Of a stretch of DNA of 64,000 nucleotides, positions 1-8,725 are shown in pieces. Position 1 is the stretch's first letter; every line of letters starts with the position of its first letter. This stretch comes from an uncultured delta proteobacterium (lineage in GTDB: Bacteria; Myxococcota_A; Polyangia; Polyangiales; B10-G4). The stretch covers positions 256,001 to 320,000 of the forward strand of contig CAVSGI010000009.1 of the NCBI GenBank assembly GCA_963727445.1, given 5' to 3'. The notes under the pieces are model-generated. The model was not told the DNA's origin, made no database searches, and saw only the letters and a program-made list of their open reading frames with translations. A program made the position numbers and the translations under genes.

Positions 1-202
1 GCAGGCGAGACGCGGCGAAGGCGCCGTTGAAGAGCGTCGCGACACACAGCATCACGAGGACCGTGGCTTCCCTCGGGGCCACGGCGTTGGCGTCTTGAAA
101 GAACAGGAGAAAGATCGCCGCGAAGACCGCGGCGATCAACGCCAGGGCATCGCCGCGCCGCTTCGAGCCGTCGGGCTCGGGGTGGCGATCCCGAGAGCGC
201 AT
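1..202 (-). CDS. Membrane protein, N-terminal part (runs off the window)
   Basis: ATG at 202, open frame to the edge: MRSRDRHPEPDGSKRRGDALALIAAVFAAIFLLFFQDANAV..., with hydrophobic segments; not in the ORF track. Confidence 0.55.
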   Translation of the reverse strand, partial: MRSRDRHPEPDGSKRRGDALALIAAVFAAIFLLFFQDANAVAPREATVLVMLCVATLFNGAFAASRL

Positions 203-233
203 GGCTGGCGAGCCTACCAGGCCGCGCTCGTCC

Positions 234-1208
234 TCAGAACCGGTATGGGTAACGGATGGTGACGTCCTCGTCACCCTCGTGTCCGGCGAAGCGCGCCCCA
301 CGGGCCGCACGCGCCATGCACGATCCCTCCGTGGACCCTGCGAAGGGGCCGGCGATGCGAATGGCGCGGGCGCGTCCGTTCGGCGTGACGGTGAGCTGCA
401 CCTGGGTCAGGCCGTGACCACCGGCAGCGCACTGCGCCAGCGCGGGGCGGATGGCCTCCATCACGCGCTGCACCTCGTCGCGATCCGGGCCGACCGGCGC
501 CGGGCTCTCCTCCACCGCCGGCTCCGTGGAGGGCTCCGGTCCATCCCCGTGCGTGGGAAGCGCGAGGGGTTCGACGTGTGCGACCGCGTGATCGAGAAGC
601 TCGTCCATCGACGCCGTCGCAGTGTCGATGGGACGGGTCGTGGGCGCGGCGACTTCCTCTTCGAGGGTTTCCCTCTCCTGCGTCTCGGCCTGGGCCGCCG
701 CGATGAGCGGCGGGGAAACGGTGGTCTCCGGCTCGGTAGTGGCTTCGCGCCGCACGCGATTTGGAGCGCGCTCCACCGTGATGGGCTCTTCCACCTCCAT
801 CGTCTCCACACGGATCGAGCTCCCGACTGCGGGGGGCGTCGCCGCAGCGGGCGCTGCCGCATGCGCGACCGGCACCGTCGCCGGCGCGGCCAGCTCGGCA
901 TCGAGCGTTGCACTCGCGGGCAGCGCATCCGCTCCTCGCCACGAGCCCACGAGCGCCACCAGCGCCCCGACCGATAACGCGACCAATGCCTGGAGGCCGC
1001 GAGGGACGCGCGGTGACCGGCGCCGCGTCGTGGCCACGGTGATCTCACCGACGGGATAGGACTGGCGTGGCGTCGGCCAGAGCTCCGACGCCGGCTCTTC
1101 GGCGGGCAACGGGGGTGGCGCGGCGGAGGCGACCAGACGGGACAGGTCCCAGGGCTGGCCTTCGTCTTGGGTGAGCGCGGGCGGGGCGGGTGGCGTGGCC
1201 TTCGACAT
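234..1208 (-). CDS. Membrane-anchored Pro/Glu-rich protein with C-terminal TonB-C/AgmX-like domain
   Basis: One TM segment, low-complexity linker, C-terminus ...VTPNGRARAIRIAGPFAGSTEGSCMARAARGARF...IRYPYRF. Confidence 0.7.
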   Translation of the reverse strand: MSKATPPAPPALTQDEGQPWDLSRLVASAAPPPLPAEEPASELWPTPRQSYPVGEITVATTRRRSPRVPRGLQALVALSVGALVALVGSWRGADALPASATLDAELAAPATVPVAHAAAPAAATPPAVGSSIRVETMEVEEPITVERAPNRVRREATTEPETTVSPPLIAAAQAETQERETLEEEVAAPTTRPIDTATASMDELLDHAVAHVEPLALPTHGDGPEPSTEPAVEESPAPVGPDRDEVQRVMEAIRPALAQCAAGGHGLTQVQLTVTPNGRARAIRIAGPFAGSTEGSCMARAARGARFAGHEGDEDVTIRYPYRF

Positions 1209-1222
1209 CGCTCACGAAGGAA

Positions 1223-1238
1223 AGCGAATGTCGTGCCG
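1223..1238 (-). promoter_or_regulatory. Putative sigma54 (-24/-12) promoter
   Basis: Minus strand CGGCACG-ACAT-TCGCT, GG-N10-GC spacing, just upstream of the ATG at 1208. Confidence 0.55.
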
Positions 1239-1299
1239 TTCCCTACATGCGCGGCGCCGGCCGTGATCGTTGAGCTTCTCGCTGCGCCGACGTGGCTGA

Positions 1300-1339
1300 G
1301 GGTGGACCACGATGTGGACGATGGTCCACTGGTCCACCC
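1300..1339. promoter_or_regulatory. TGGACCA/TGGTCCA direct and inverted repeat cluster, putative enhancer
   Basis: gggtggacca...tggtccaccc 10 bp inverted repeat with internal gtggac/gtccac; a similar cluster lies at 43688-43722. Confidence 0.5.
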
Positions 1340-1375
1340 CTGGCGGCCTCGATGGCATGCTCTCTTTCGGAAGAG

Positions 1376-3379
1376 ATGACGGTGAAGAGAACGACAGACG
1401 GTCTGCTCGAGGAGCCGACGGGGGAGACGGGCACGGGCTATCTGCGATCCGTGGCTCGACACACCGCGACGGTCCTCGGGACCCGTTGGTGCTTCATCGG
1501 ACAGGTCGATCCTGGCGAACCGACGCGCGTCGACGTGCTGGCGTTCTGGGACGGTGAGTTCCAGGAGCCGTTTTCTTACGATTTGTCGGGAACGCCCTGC
1601 GAGAAAGTTCTCGAGCAGGTCTTCTGCCACTACCCACGAGGCGTTCAGGCGAAGTTCCCGGAAGACCAGATGCTCGTCGAGATGGGAGTCGAGGCGTACA
1701 CCGGCGTCGCCATCGCCGATCGCCGAGGGATCATCGGCCTCGTCGCCGCACTCCACGATCATCCCATCGAGTCCGCGGAGAAGGTGGGGCCGTCGCTCTG
1801 GGTCGCTGCCTCCCGTGCCGCCCTCGAGCTCGAGCGGATGCGGAGTGAGGCCGCGCTCCGCGCTTCCGACGCGCGCTATCGGAAGTTCGTCGAGCAATGC
1901 ATCGAAGGGGTGTGGTCCATCGACGCGATGGGCGTCACCGACTTCGTGAATCCGCAAATGGCGAAGATGCTCGGCCTCCGTGTCGAGGACATGCTCGGCC
2001 GCTCCATGTACGACTTCATGGACGAAGCCGCGCGCCTCGAGGCCGAGCAGAACATGGAGCGCCGAAGGCGGGGGATCGTGGAGCGCCACTCCTTTCGGCT
2101 CAAGCACGCGGATGGGCGCGACGTGTGGACCGAGATGGCGACGAACCCCATCGTCGACGACGCGGGAGAGACGCTCGGTGCTCTGGCGCTCGTCACGGAC
2201 GTCACCGAGCGGCGGCAGCTCCTCGAGAGCATGCAACAGAAGCAGAAGCTCGAGAGCCTCGGGCTGCTCGCCGGCGGGGTGGCCCACGACTTCAACAACC
2301 TGCTCGTGGGCATCCTCGGCAACGCGGACGTGGCTCTCCTACAGCCCGACCTCACACCCGCCTCGGAGCAGCTCCTCACCCGCATTCGGACCGCCGGCGT
2401 CCAGGCCGCGAAGCTAACCAAGCAGCTGCTGGCATACGCGGGCCACTCTCCTTTCCGGGCGGAGCCGATCGTCGTCTCGAAGCTCGTCGGCGATGTCGCC
2501 GAGATGCTTCGTGCGGGGCTGACAGCGCAGGTCTCGCTCGCGCTCGACGACGCGGTTCCCCTGCCTCCGATCGCGGCAGACCGCACGCAGCTCACCCAGG
2601 TCCTGGTCAATCTCGTCACCAACGCCGGCGACGCTCTCGGCGCGGACGGTGGAGAGGTTCGCATCTCCACGGGGCTGCTCGAGGCCGATGACCCGCTGCT
2701 CTCCCGCGGCTACATCGCGGACGATGCCGAGCCGGTTCCACACGTGTTCATCCGGGTTTCCGACGACGGTGTCGGCATGGACGAAGCGGCTCGCGCCCAC
2801 CTCTTCGACCCGTTCTTCACGACGAAGCCGTCAGGGCACGGGTTGGGGCTCGCGGCCGTGCTGGGGATTCTGCGCCGCCACCGGGGGACCGTCGTCATCG
2901 ACAGCGCTCCGGGCGAGGGGAGCACGTTCACCGTCTGTCTTCCGGTGCACGCGGACGTCGTGATGGGTACGGAGGGGTCGTCGGGCATGGCGCGGGGCAC
3001 ACCGACCCTGGCGGGCCGGCGGGTGCTCCTCGTGGACGACGAGGAGATGGTGCGAACCGTCGCGCGCGAGGCGCTCGGGCGTGAAGGCGTGCAGCTCGAC
3101 GAAGCCGAGAACGGCGAGCGGGCCCTCACCATGGTCGAGGAGGCGTCCGCGCCCTACGACGTCATACTCATGGATGTCGCCATGCCGGGAATCGATGGGA
3201 CCGAAACGCTGCGGCGCTTGCGCGCTCGCGGCTGTGACACGCCGGTGATCCTCTGCTCTGGCCACGCTTCCTTCGCTGTGCGAGAGGCGCCGGGGACGCT
3301 CTGGCTACCCAAGCCCTTCCAGCTCAGTGGTCTCCGTGACGCGGTCGAGGTCGCGATCTCACAGGTGCAAAGCCGCTAA
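1376..3379 (+). CDS. Hybrid sensor histidine kinase (GAF-PAS-HisKA-HATPase-REC)
   Basis: H-box AGGVAHDFNNLL, N-box NLVTNA, DDGVGM, FFTTK, GLGL; receiver VLLVDDE...DVAMPGIDG; start uncertain (ORF open from 1292). Confidence 0.93.
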   Translation: MTVKRTTDGLLEEPTGETGTGYLRSVARHTATVLGTRWCFIGQVDPGEPTRVDVLAFWDGEFQEPFSYDLSGTPCEKVLEQVFCHYPRGVQAKFPEDQMLVEMGVEAYTGVAIADRRGIIGLVAALHDHPIESAEKVGPSLWVAASRAALELERMRSEAALRASDARYRKFVEQCIEGVWSIDAMGVTDFVNPQMAKMLGLRVEDMLGRSMYDFMDEAARLEAEQNMERRRRGIVERHSFRLKHADGRDVWTEMATNPIVDDAGETLGALALVTDVTERRQLLESMQQKQKLESLGLLAGGVAHDFNNLLVGILGNADVALLQPDLTPASEQLLTRIRTAGVQAAKLTKQLLAYAGHSPFRAEPIVVSKLVGDVAEMLRAGLTAQVSLALDDAVPLPPIAADRTQLTQVLVNLVTNAGDALGADGGEVRISTGLLEADDPLLSRGYIADDAEPVPHVFIRVSDDGVGMDEAARAHLFDPFFTTKPSGHGLGLAAVLGILRRHRGTVVIDSAPGEGSTFTVCLPVHADVVMGTEGSSGMARGTPTLAGRRVLLVDDEEMVRTVAREALGREGVQLDEAENGERALTMVEEASAPYDVILMDVAMPGIDGTETLRRLRARGCDTPVILCSGHASFAVREAPGTLWLPKPFQLSGLRDAVEVAISQVQSR

Positions 3380-3542
3380 ATGGACGACCACGATTCCGGA
3401 ACGGAGGATCGTGAAGGATGCGGGGTCGCTCGCAAGGAGAGCCGACGAAGGACGGCCGATAGGCCATTCGAGGAGGCCCGACGCGGCGAGCGGCGCCGCA
3501 GACGAGCGAGGAACGTTCCCGAATCGTAGTCGTCCATTTAGC
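3375..3542 (+). repeat. 168 bp long hairpin / MITE-like element with 29 bp terminal inverted repeats
   Basis: 3375-3403 gctaaatggacgaccacgattccggaacg vs 3514-3542 (27/29 complementary); internal stems. Confidence 0.75.
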
Positions 3543-3700
3543 ACCACTTGATTAGGGTCACGGCGGCCCTCGCTTGCTCAGGCATTTCCGAGCGCTCTCG
3601 CGCTCCTCGAAAGGGGGAGCACCCTGTCTTCGTCTCGCGAAAGCACTCGAAAACCCCTGCTCGGCGCGATCCTCCGCCGCCACCCCAATCAAGTAGGCGC
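3541..3700 (-). repeat. Second ~160 bp long hairpin element
   Basis: acttgattagggt (3546-3558) / accccaatcaagt (3682-3694) plus an 18 bp inner stem; the non-Watson-Crick pairs in these stems are G-T on the minus strand. Confidence 0.75.
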
Positions 3701-3711
3701 TTCGCCTCTAC

Positions 3712-4797
3712 TCAGGGGCAGGTTTCGAGGGCGGCGGCCACGCTCGCGTCGATGCCGGCGGTGGTCGACCAGACGTCGTGAGGCGTTGCCGGGACGATGC
3801 GGAGGGTCGCGCCATCGCCGACGGCGTTGAGGAAAGGAAGGAAGGTGGCCCCACACTCGTCCGCGCCGACGACGAAGGCGAGCTTCGTCGGATAGTCGTA
3901 GCGGCCGGTCGGCCCGACGACCCCGTCGTCGGCCAGCATCGAGGGGTCGCCGTCCTCGCAGTACGTGGCCCCACCCCATGCCGAGTCCACCACGGCGGCT
4001 GCGCCCTGAAGCGTGCAGTAGAGCGTCCCGCAAGCGATCCCTCGTTCGCTCGCCGCCGACGCACATCCCACGGTTGTCCAGTCGTTCGGGGCTGCGCTCG
4101 GGCAGACCTGGTCGAGGACGGTCATCGACGGACCGCCGAGGAGCGCCGCGCCGTCGAGTCGGTCCGCGCCGTCCCACCGGGCGAGCGCGTACGCGAGCTC
4201 GATTGCGCCGCCGCTCAGTCCCATCGCGCACAGGTTGTCGTCAGCGACGTTGTCGTCGATCCACCCGACGAGCGCGGCGTAGGCGCAGGACGCCGCCCGC
4301 ACGCCCCCATCACCGACGAACCAGCCCGGGCTCGCCCAGCGTCGCTGCACCACGCGGTACCCCGCGTCGCGGAGTCGCCCGAGCAGTAGAGGACCCATGA
4401 CGCCGTCCTCCACGAAACCATCCCCGCCGCCGCCGGTTCCGAGCACGAGCGTCGCGCGCGCGGCGCCCGTCGGCTCGGAGATTCGAACATCCACCGTGAT
4501 GTCCGGCCGCCCCTCGCACTGCACCGAGAGCTGCACACACCGACTCGACGGGAGCGCGCCCGCATCGCAGGCGCCGAGCTCGGTGACCTCGCCTGGCGGC
4601 GCGATCGAAGCGTCGGCGCCGGTATCCGAGGACGCGTCCGTGGCGCTGCTGTCGACCGAGGCGTCACCGCTCGATCCATCGAGGCGCCCGCCATCCGGTG
4701 ATGCATCCACCGTGGGTTCATCTCCGCCGCAGGCCACGAGGGCGGCGACGCCGAGAAGCGAGAAGCTTCGCCAGGAGCGAGCGGCGAGCGCTCTCAC
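3712..4797 (-). CDS. Lipoprotein, alpha/beta-hydrolase-like
   Basis: Lipobox LVAC, Asp/Ser linker, GLSGG nucleophile motif, C-terminal His (TPHD). Confidence 0.7.
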   Translation of the reverse strand: MRALAARSWRSFSLLGVAALVACGGDEPTVDASPDGGRLDGSSGDASVDSSATDASSDTGADASIAPPGEVTELGACDAGALPSSRCVQLSVQCEGRPDITVDVRISEPTGAARATLVLGTGGGGDGFVEDGVMGPLLLGRLRDAGYRVVQRRWASPGWFVGDGGVRAASCAYAALVGWIDDNVADDNLCAMGLSGGAIELAYALARWDGADRLDGAALLGGPSMTVLDQVCPSAAPNDWTTVGCASAASERGIACGTLYCTLQGAAAVVDSAWGGATYCEDGDPSMLADDGVVGPTGRYDYPTKLAFVVGADECGATFLPFLNAVGDGATLRIVPATPHDVWSTTAGIDASVAAALETCP

Positions 4798-4804
4798 GTT
4801 TTTC

Positions 4805-5185
4805 TCAGGTGTCCCATTCGGCGAGGAGCCACTTCTCTGCGTCCTCGATCGAGTGGAATCCGCTCACGACCATCCGGTTCATCTCCGCCGTACGGGCGAC
4901 GCGCTTGGTCGTCTTCTCTTCGTTGGCGACGATGGCGATGCGGCGCATGCAGGACGTCGTGCTCATCCAGGTCCACATCTCTGCGCGGAGCTCGACCAAC
5001 GGGCGGTCGGCGTCACGGCCGTCGATCATCGCGCGCTTGCCGAGCTCGGGGGTCATCGCTTTCTCGATGGCCTGCTGGTAGGCCAGCATGTCCTCGCGGG
5101 CCGTCATCTTCCCTCGCACCTTGACGTAGAGGTAGCTCCCCTTGTCATGCAGCTCGTAGCGGAACGGCGCGTGTTCGTCGGTCAC
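4805..5185 (-). CDS. STAS/SEC14 (SpoIIAA-like) small protein
   Basis: YLYVKVRGKMT...RIAIVA...FHSIEDAEKWL pattern; start uncertain (ORF open to 5233). Confidence 0.65.
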   Translation of the reverse strand: MTDEHAPFRYELHDKGSYLYVKVRGKMTAREDMLAYQQAIEKAMTPELGKRAMIDGRDADRPLVELRAEMWTWMSTTSCMRRIAIVANEEKTTKRVARTAEMNRMVVSGFHSIEDAEKWLLAEWDT

Positions 5186-5238
5186 CTGGAGCTTCCCTCG
5201 CCGGCCGATGGCCCATCGCGGAGGGTACCTCATCCTCG

Positions 5239-6540
5239 GTGTCGCGAGGAGCGCTCGCGGCCGTCCTCTTCTCTTCGTGCGCGATGCCCATCGACGACGC
5301 GCGGGACGAGGAAGTCGGGGCCACCGCCGAGGAGGTGACCTGCCCGCCCGTATTGCGTCATCACCCGATCGCCGGCCCGCACAACACTGGCTACGACCCG
5401 TCCTGGAGCGACTTCCGCTGCGACGGATCGCTCGCGAACAGCGACTACGGGGGTGATCATCACGGCATCGACATTTTCGCGCCCCGGGGAACGCTGGTCG
5501 TCTCTCCCGTCGACGGAGTGGTGCTCCGCGCCGGGGTGGCGAGCGCGTCCTCCGGCAATCGCGTGACGGTTCAGGACGGGTGCGGATGGGCCTACTACCA
5601 CGGTCACCTCGACACCATCGTGGTGCCAGCGGGCGCGCGGATCCACGCCGGGGATCCCATCGGAACCGTCGGCAACACCGGGACGCCGACGTCGCCGCAC
5701 GTGCACTTCAACGTCGACCGCGACGGCGACTACTACGACGACATCGATCCACTGCCCGTTCTCCTGCCGGTGGAGGGCTCGTCGTGCGGCCCCGATCCGG
5801 AGTGCGCCTCGCGGGCGGATGGCGCGTTCTGCGTCGATGGAACCCATCGTGGCACCTGTACGGGTGGTCGCTACGAGGTCGGCGACTGCGGCTTCTACGG
5901 AACGATCTGCGACATGGATACGGGCGTGGGGCGCTGCACGCCTCACCTCGACGGCGCCTTCCTCGGCTCGGATTTCGCGGGCGGTGTTCGCATCGAAGTC
6001 CCCGTGGGCGAGGAGGTGCACGGTTGCCTCACCTATCTCAACACGGGCGCCTGGGACTGGACGCCGGAGCTCACGCGGCTGGGAACGACCGAGCCGCGCG
6101 ATCGCGCCAGCGATCATCGGGCGAGTGATTGGCTCGCGCCGAATCGGCTCGCGGCCGTCGAAGCAGTCACACCGCGCGGCGCCCAGGGCCGCTTCTGCTT
6201 CTCGCTTCACGGTGCGGCGTCGCCGGGAGAGCGCGAGGAGAACTTCTCGCTCGTTCACGAGACCTTCTTCTGGGCGGCCGACGTGGGCGGCGTCGCGGAT
6301 TCGGTCAACCGTCTGACGGTGGTGACGACGGCTGCCCGGCCACCGGAGATGGGAATCGCGCCAGACGCCGACGCCGGCCCCGCGTTCACGGACGACGCGG
6401 GTCGCATGGCCGAGTCACCCGCACCAGGGCCAGAGGTGATCCACGGCTCGTGCAGCATCGGCTTCGGCCGCCCGTGCGCGCCGGCGCTCGCGGGCGTCGC
6501 GCTTGCGTTGCTGTTGCTGATGCGCCGCCGGCGGCGGTAA
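5239..6540 (+). CDS. M23 family peptidase lipoprotein with Ig-like domain and MYXO-CTERM-like tail
   Basis: HHGIDI, YYHGHL, GTVGNTG...PHVHF; C-terminus GSCS..TM..RRRRR. Confidence 0.85.
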   Translation: MSRGALAAVLFSSCAMPIDDARDEEVGATAEEVTCPPVLRHHPIAGPHNTGYDPSWSDFRCDGSLANSDYGGDHHGIDIFAPRGTLVVSPVDGVVLRAGVASASSGNRVTVQDGCGWAYYHGHLDTIVVPAGARIHAGDPIGTVGNTGTPTSPHVHFNVDRDGDYYDDIDPLPVLLPVEGSSCGPDPECASRADGAFCVDGTHRGTCTGGRYEVGDCGFYGTICDMDTGVGRCTPHLDGAFLGSDFAGGVRIEVPVGEEVHGCLTYLNTGAWDWTPELTRLGTTEPRDRASDHRASDWLAPNRLAAVEAVTPRGAQGRFCFSLHGAASPGEREENFSLVHETFFWAADVGGVADSVNRLTVVTTAARPPEMGIAPDADAGPAFTDDAGRMAESPAPGPEVIHGSCSIGFGRPCAPALAGVALALLLLMRRRRR

Positions 6541-6639
6541 CGCCAGACTTCGAAAGCGGACGCGGGTCGCCCCCCTCGCCGTCGCATGAATGTGCGGGGC
6601 CCCGTCCGCTACGGATGGGGCCTCAGAAACGAGGTGGGG

Positions 6640-8694
6640 ATGATGGGCAGAGGATTGCCGCGGCTCGCGGCGACGATGGCGATGTGCGTCTCATGGCTGG
6701 CGTGTGGAAATCCGGACCGCGGGGTCACGGGACCGATGGAGGACGGCGGTGCCGGTGATGATGGAAGCATCCCGCGCACCGACGGGGGGACCCCGCCTCC
6801 ACCGACGATGACCGCTTCTTGCGGTGGAGAGCTCACGGTGGCCGACCGTCTGGTATCGCTCGGGTACGAAGAGGGGCTGCTCCAGCCCTCCACCCGCCGG
6901 GTGATCTCGTTCCCCGAAGAGCTCTCGCCGTCGCTCGGTGCCATGCCGGTGCTGACCCTCACGGAAGAGGGCGGCGGACGAATCGATTCGGTGGCCGTGA
7001 CCGGCGACGTGCCCGACGGGAAGGTGTATGGCGCGACCTATCAACCCACGCTCGATCGCTTCGTGGTGCTCACCTGGACGCGCACGCCGGAGCCACACTA
7101 TGCGCTCGGGGGCGTCGAGCTGACCGAGAGCGAGGCGCGCTTCGTGACCTACGAGCTCGTCGATCCGCTCCCCTCCGATGGCTATCAGATCCAGGACATC
7201 TACGCGATCTCCGGGCCTCGTGTCGCCATGCTCCGCGGGATCGACACGCTGTATCAGGTGGTCATCGACGGTGAGACGGCCACCTTCTCGTCACCGATGC
7301 CCGTCGATACCGCAGCGCTCCCCTCGACCGTCGTGCCGGACGCCGATCACGATCGGCTCATCGGCTACGGCCTCTCCTACGATCCGATGATGCCGTTCGA
7401 AGATGCGTTCGTGCCCTACGTCGCGACGCTCTCTCTCGAGACGGGTGGGGCCTGGGTGGAGCTCGCGGCGTCGGGGGAGGTGCCAGAGACGCTGCACGGA
7501 GCGGATGCATCCTCCTTCTACGAGCCCTACGCCGCCTACGACCCGAGCCGCCAACGGCTCACCGTCGCCCACGCGCGCTGGGAGGACGATCCCTTCTTCC
7601 CGGGGGAACGCACCGTTCAGCCGCTGCTCTATTCGCTCGATCTCCGGTCCGGCACCTGGTCGCTGGTCAGCGAAGATCCCGAGCTGGACGTCTACTCTTC
7701 GGGGAGCCCATGGCTCGTCGACCCCGAGATGCACCGGGGGATCGTCGTTCAAGCCGGCCATCTTCGCTCCTTCCATCTCGAGGGCGACATGGTCGGCCGT
7801 TACGAAGCCGAGCCCCTCGAAGGCACCAGCGGCATTCGCTTCATGGTCACCGCTGCTGCGCTACCGGACGGTCGCATCGCAGCCACCGACAGATGGGGCC
7901 GGCTCGTGATCCTCGAGACCGCGGGTGTTCCAGCGTGGTCGGCGGTGGGCGACGCCGAGGTCCCGATCGAAAGCAGAGCCCAGGGCGCGCTGGTCTACGA
8001 CGAGGTCGACGACTCCCTCCTCCTCATCGGTGGCGCCAGCACCGACAGCGATCCCGGCTCGGGCGCGGTGCATCGCATCGCCCTCGACGGAAGCTCGGTG
8101 GAGCTGGTCGCGACCACCGGCGAGCTGCCGCCGCGGACCGGCGCGACGGTGATCGCACACGATGGCGTGGTCTACGTCGCGGGCGGCTGGGTCGCCGGGG
8201 GCGTCGAGGCCGCCACCTACGACGACGTCTGGGCGCTCGATCTCCGCACCCTCGAGTGGAGCCAGCGCGCCACGATCGGCGTGGGGCGCGCCGACATGGG
8301 CGCGCTCGTCAGCGGCGGCGAGCTGTGGCTCATCGGTGGTTGGAACGAGAGCGGATCGTCGACCCTGACCGGCGTCGCCCGCGTCGACGCCGTGGATCTC
8401 TCGACAGGCTCCGTGCGCGAAGTCACCGTCTCTGGCGAATGGCCGGCGCGCAACGGGATCTTCTACGGTGACGGGCAACTCGGCGACGCCTTCTTCACCT
8501 TCGACATCGTCGACGACACCATCGACGGCAACGCGGCCGATCTCTGGCTCCTGATGCCCGACGGCGCCGGCGGTGCCGCCTGGCAGCCGCAGGGCAGCTG
8601 CCTCAGAGACGCGCTCGTCTCCGGCACCATCGGCGTCTCCCTCGGCGATCAGGTCTGGGCCGTCGGTGAGCACGCCTTCTCGGTGAGTCGCTGA
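6640..8694 (+). CDS. Kelch-repeat beta-propeller lipoprotein
   Basis: Lipobox WLAC; Kelch motifs LLIGG, VYVAGGW...DDVWALD..W, LWLIGGW; start uncertain (ORF open from 6586). Confidence 0.75.
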   Translation: MMGRGLPRLAATMAMCVSWLACGNPDRGVTGPMEDGGAGDDGSIPRTDGGTPPPPTMTASCGGELTVADRLVSLGYEEGLLQPSTRRVISFPEELSPSLGAMPVLTLTEEGGGRIDSVAVTGDVPDGKVYGATYQPTLDRFVVLTWTRTPEPHYALGGVELTESEARFVTYELVDPLPSDGYQIQDIYAISGPRVAMLRGIDTLYQVVIDGETATFSSPMPVDTAALPSTVVPDADHDRLIGYGLSYDPMMPFEDAFVPYVATLSLETGGAWVELAASGEVPETLHGADASSFYEPYAAYDPSRQRLTVAHARWEDDPFFPGERTVQPLLYSLDLRSGTWSLVSEDPELDVYSSGSPWLVDPEMHRGIVVQAGHLRSFHLEGDMVGRYEAEPLEGTSGIRFMVTAAALPDGRIAATDRWGRLVILETAGVPAWSAVGDAEVPIESRAQGALVYDEVDDSLLLIGGASTDSDPGSGAVHRIALDGSSVELVATTGELPPRTGATVIAHDGVVYVAGGWVAGGVEAATYDDVWALDLRTLEWSQRATIGVGRADMGALVSGGELWLIGGWNESGSSTLTGVARVDAVDLSTGSVREVTVSGEWPARNGIFYGDGQLGDAFFTFDIVDDTIDGNAADLWLLMPDGAGGAAWQPQGSCLRDALVSGTIGVSLGDQVWAVGEHAFSVSR

Positions 8695-8725
8695 GTCAGC
8701 TCCTGCCGCGGGCGATACCAGCGCT

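Noticed and set aside
3375..3700. Hammerhead ribozyme or tRNA in the twin hairpins
   Set aside because: No CUGANGA/GAAA core and no cloverleaf or T-loop seen
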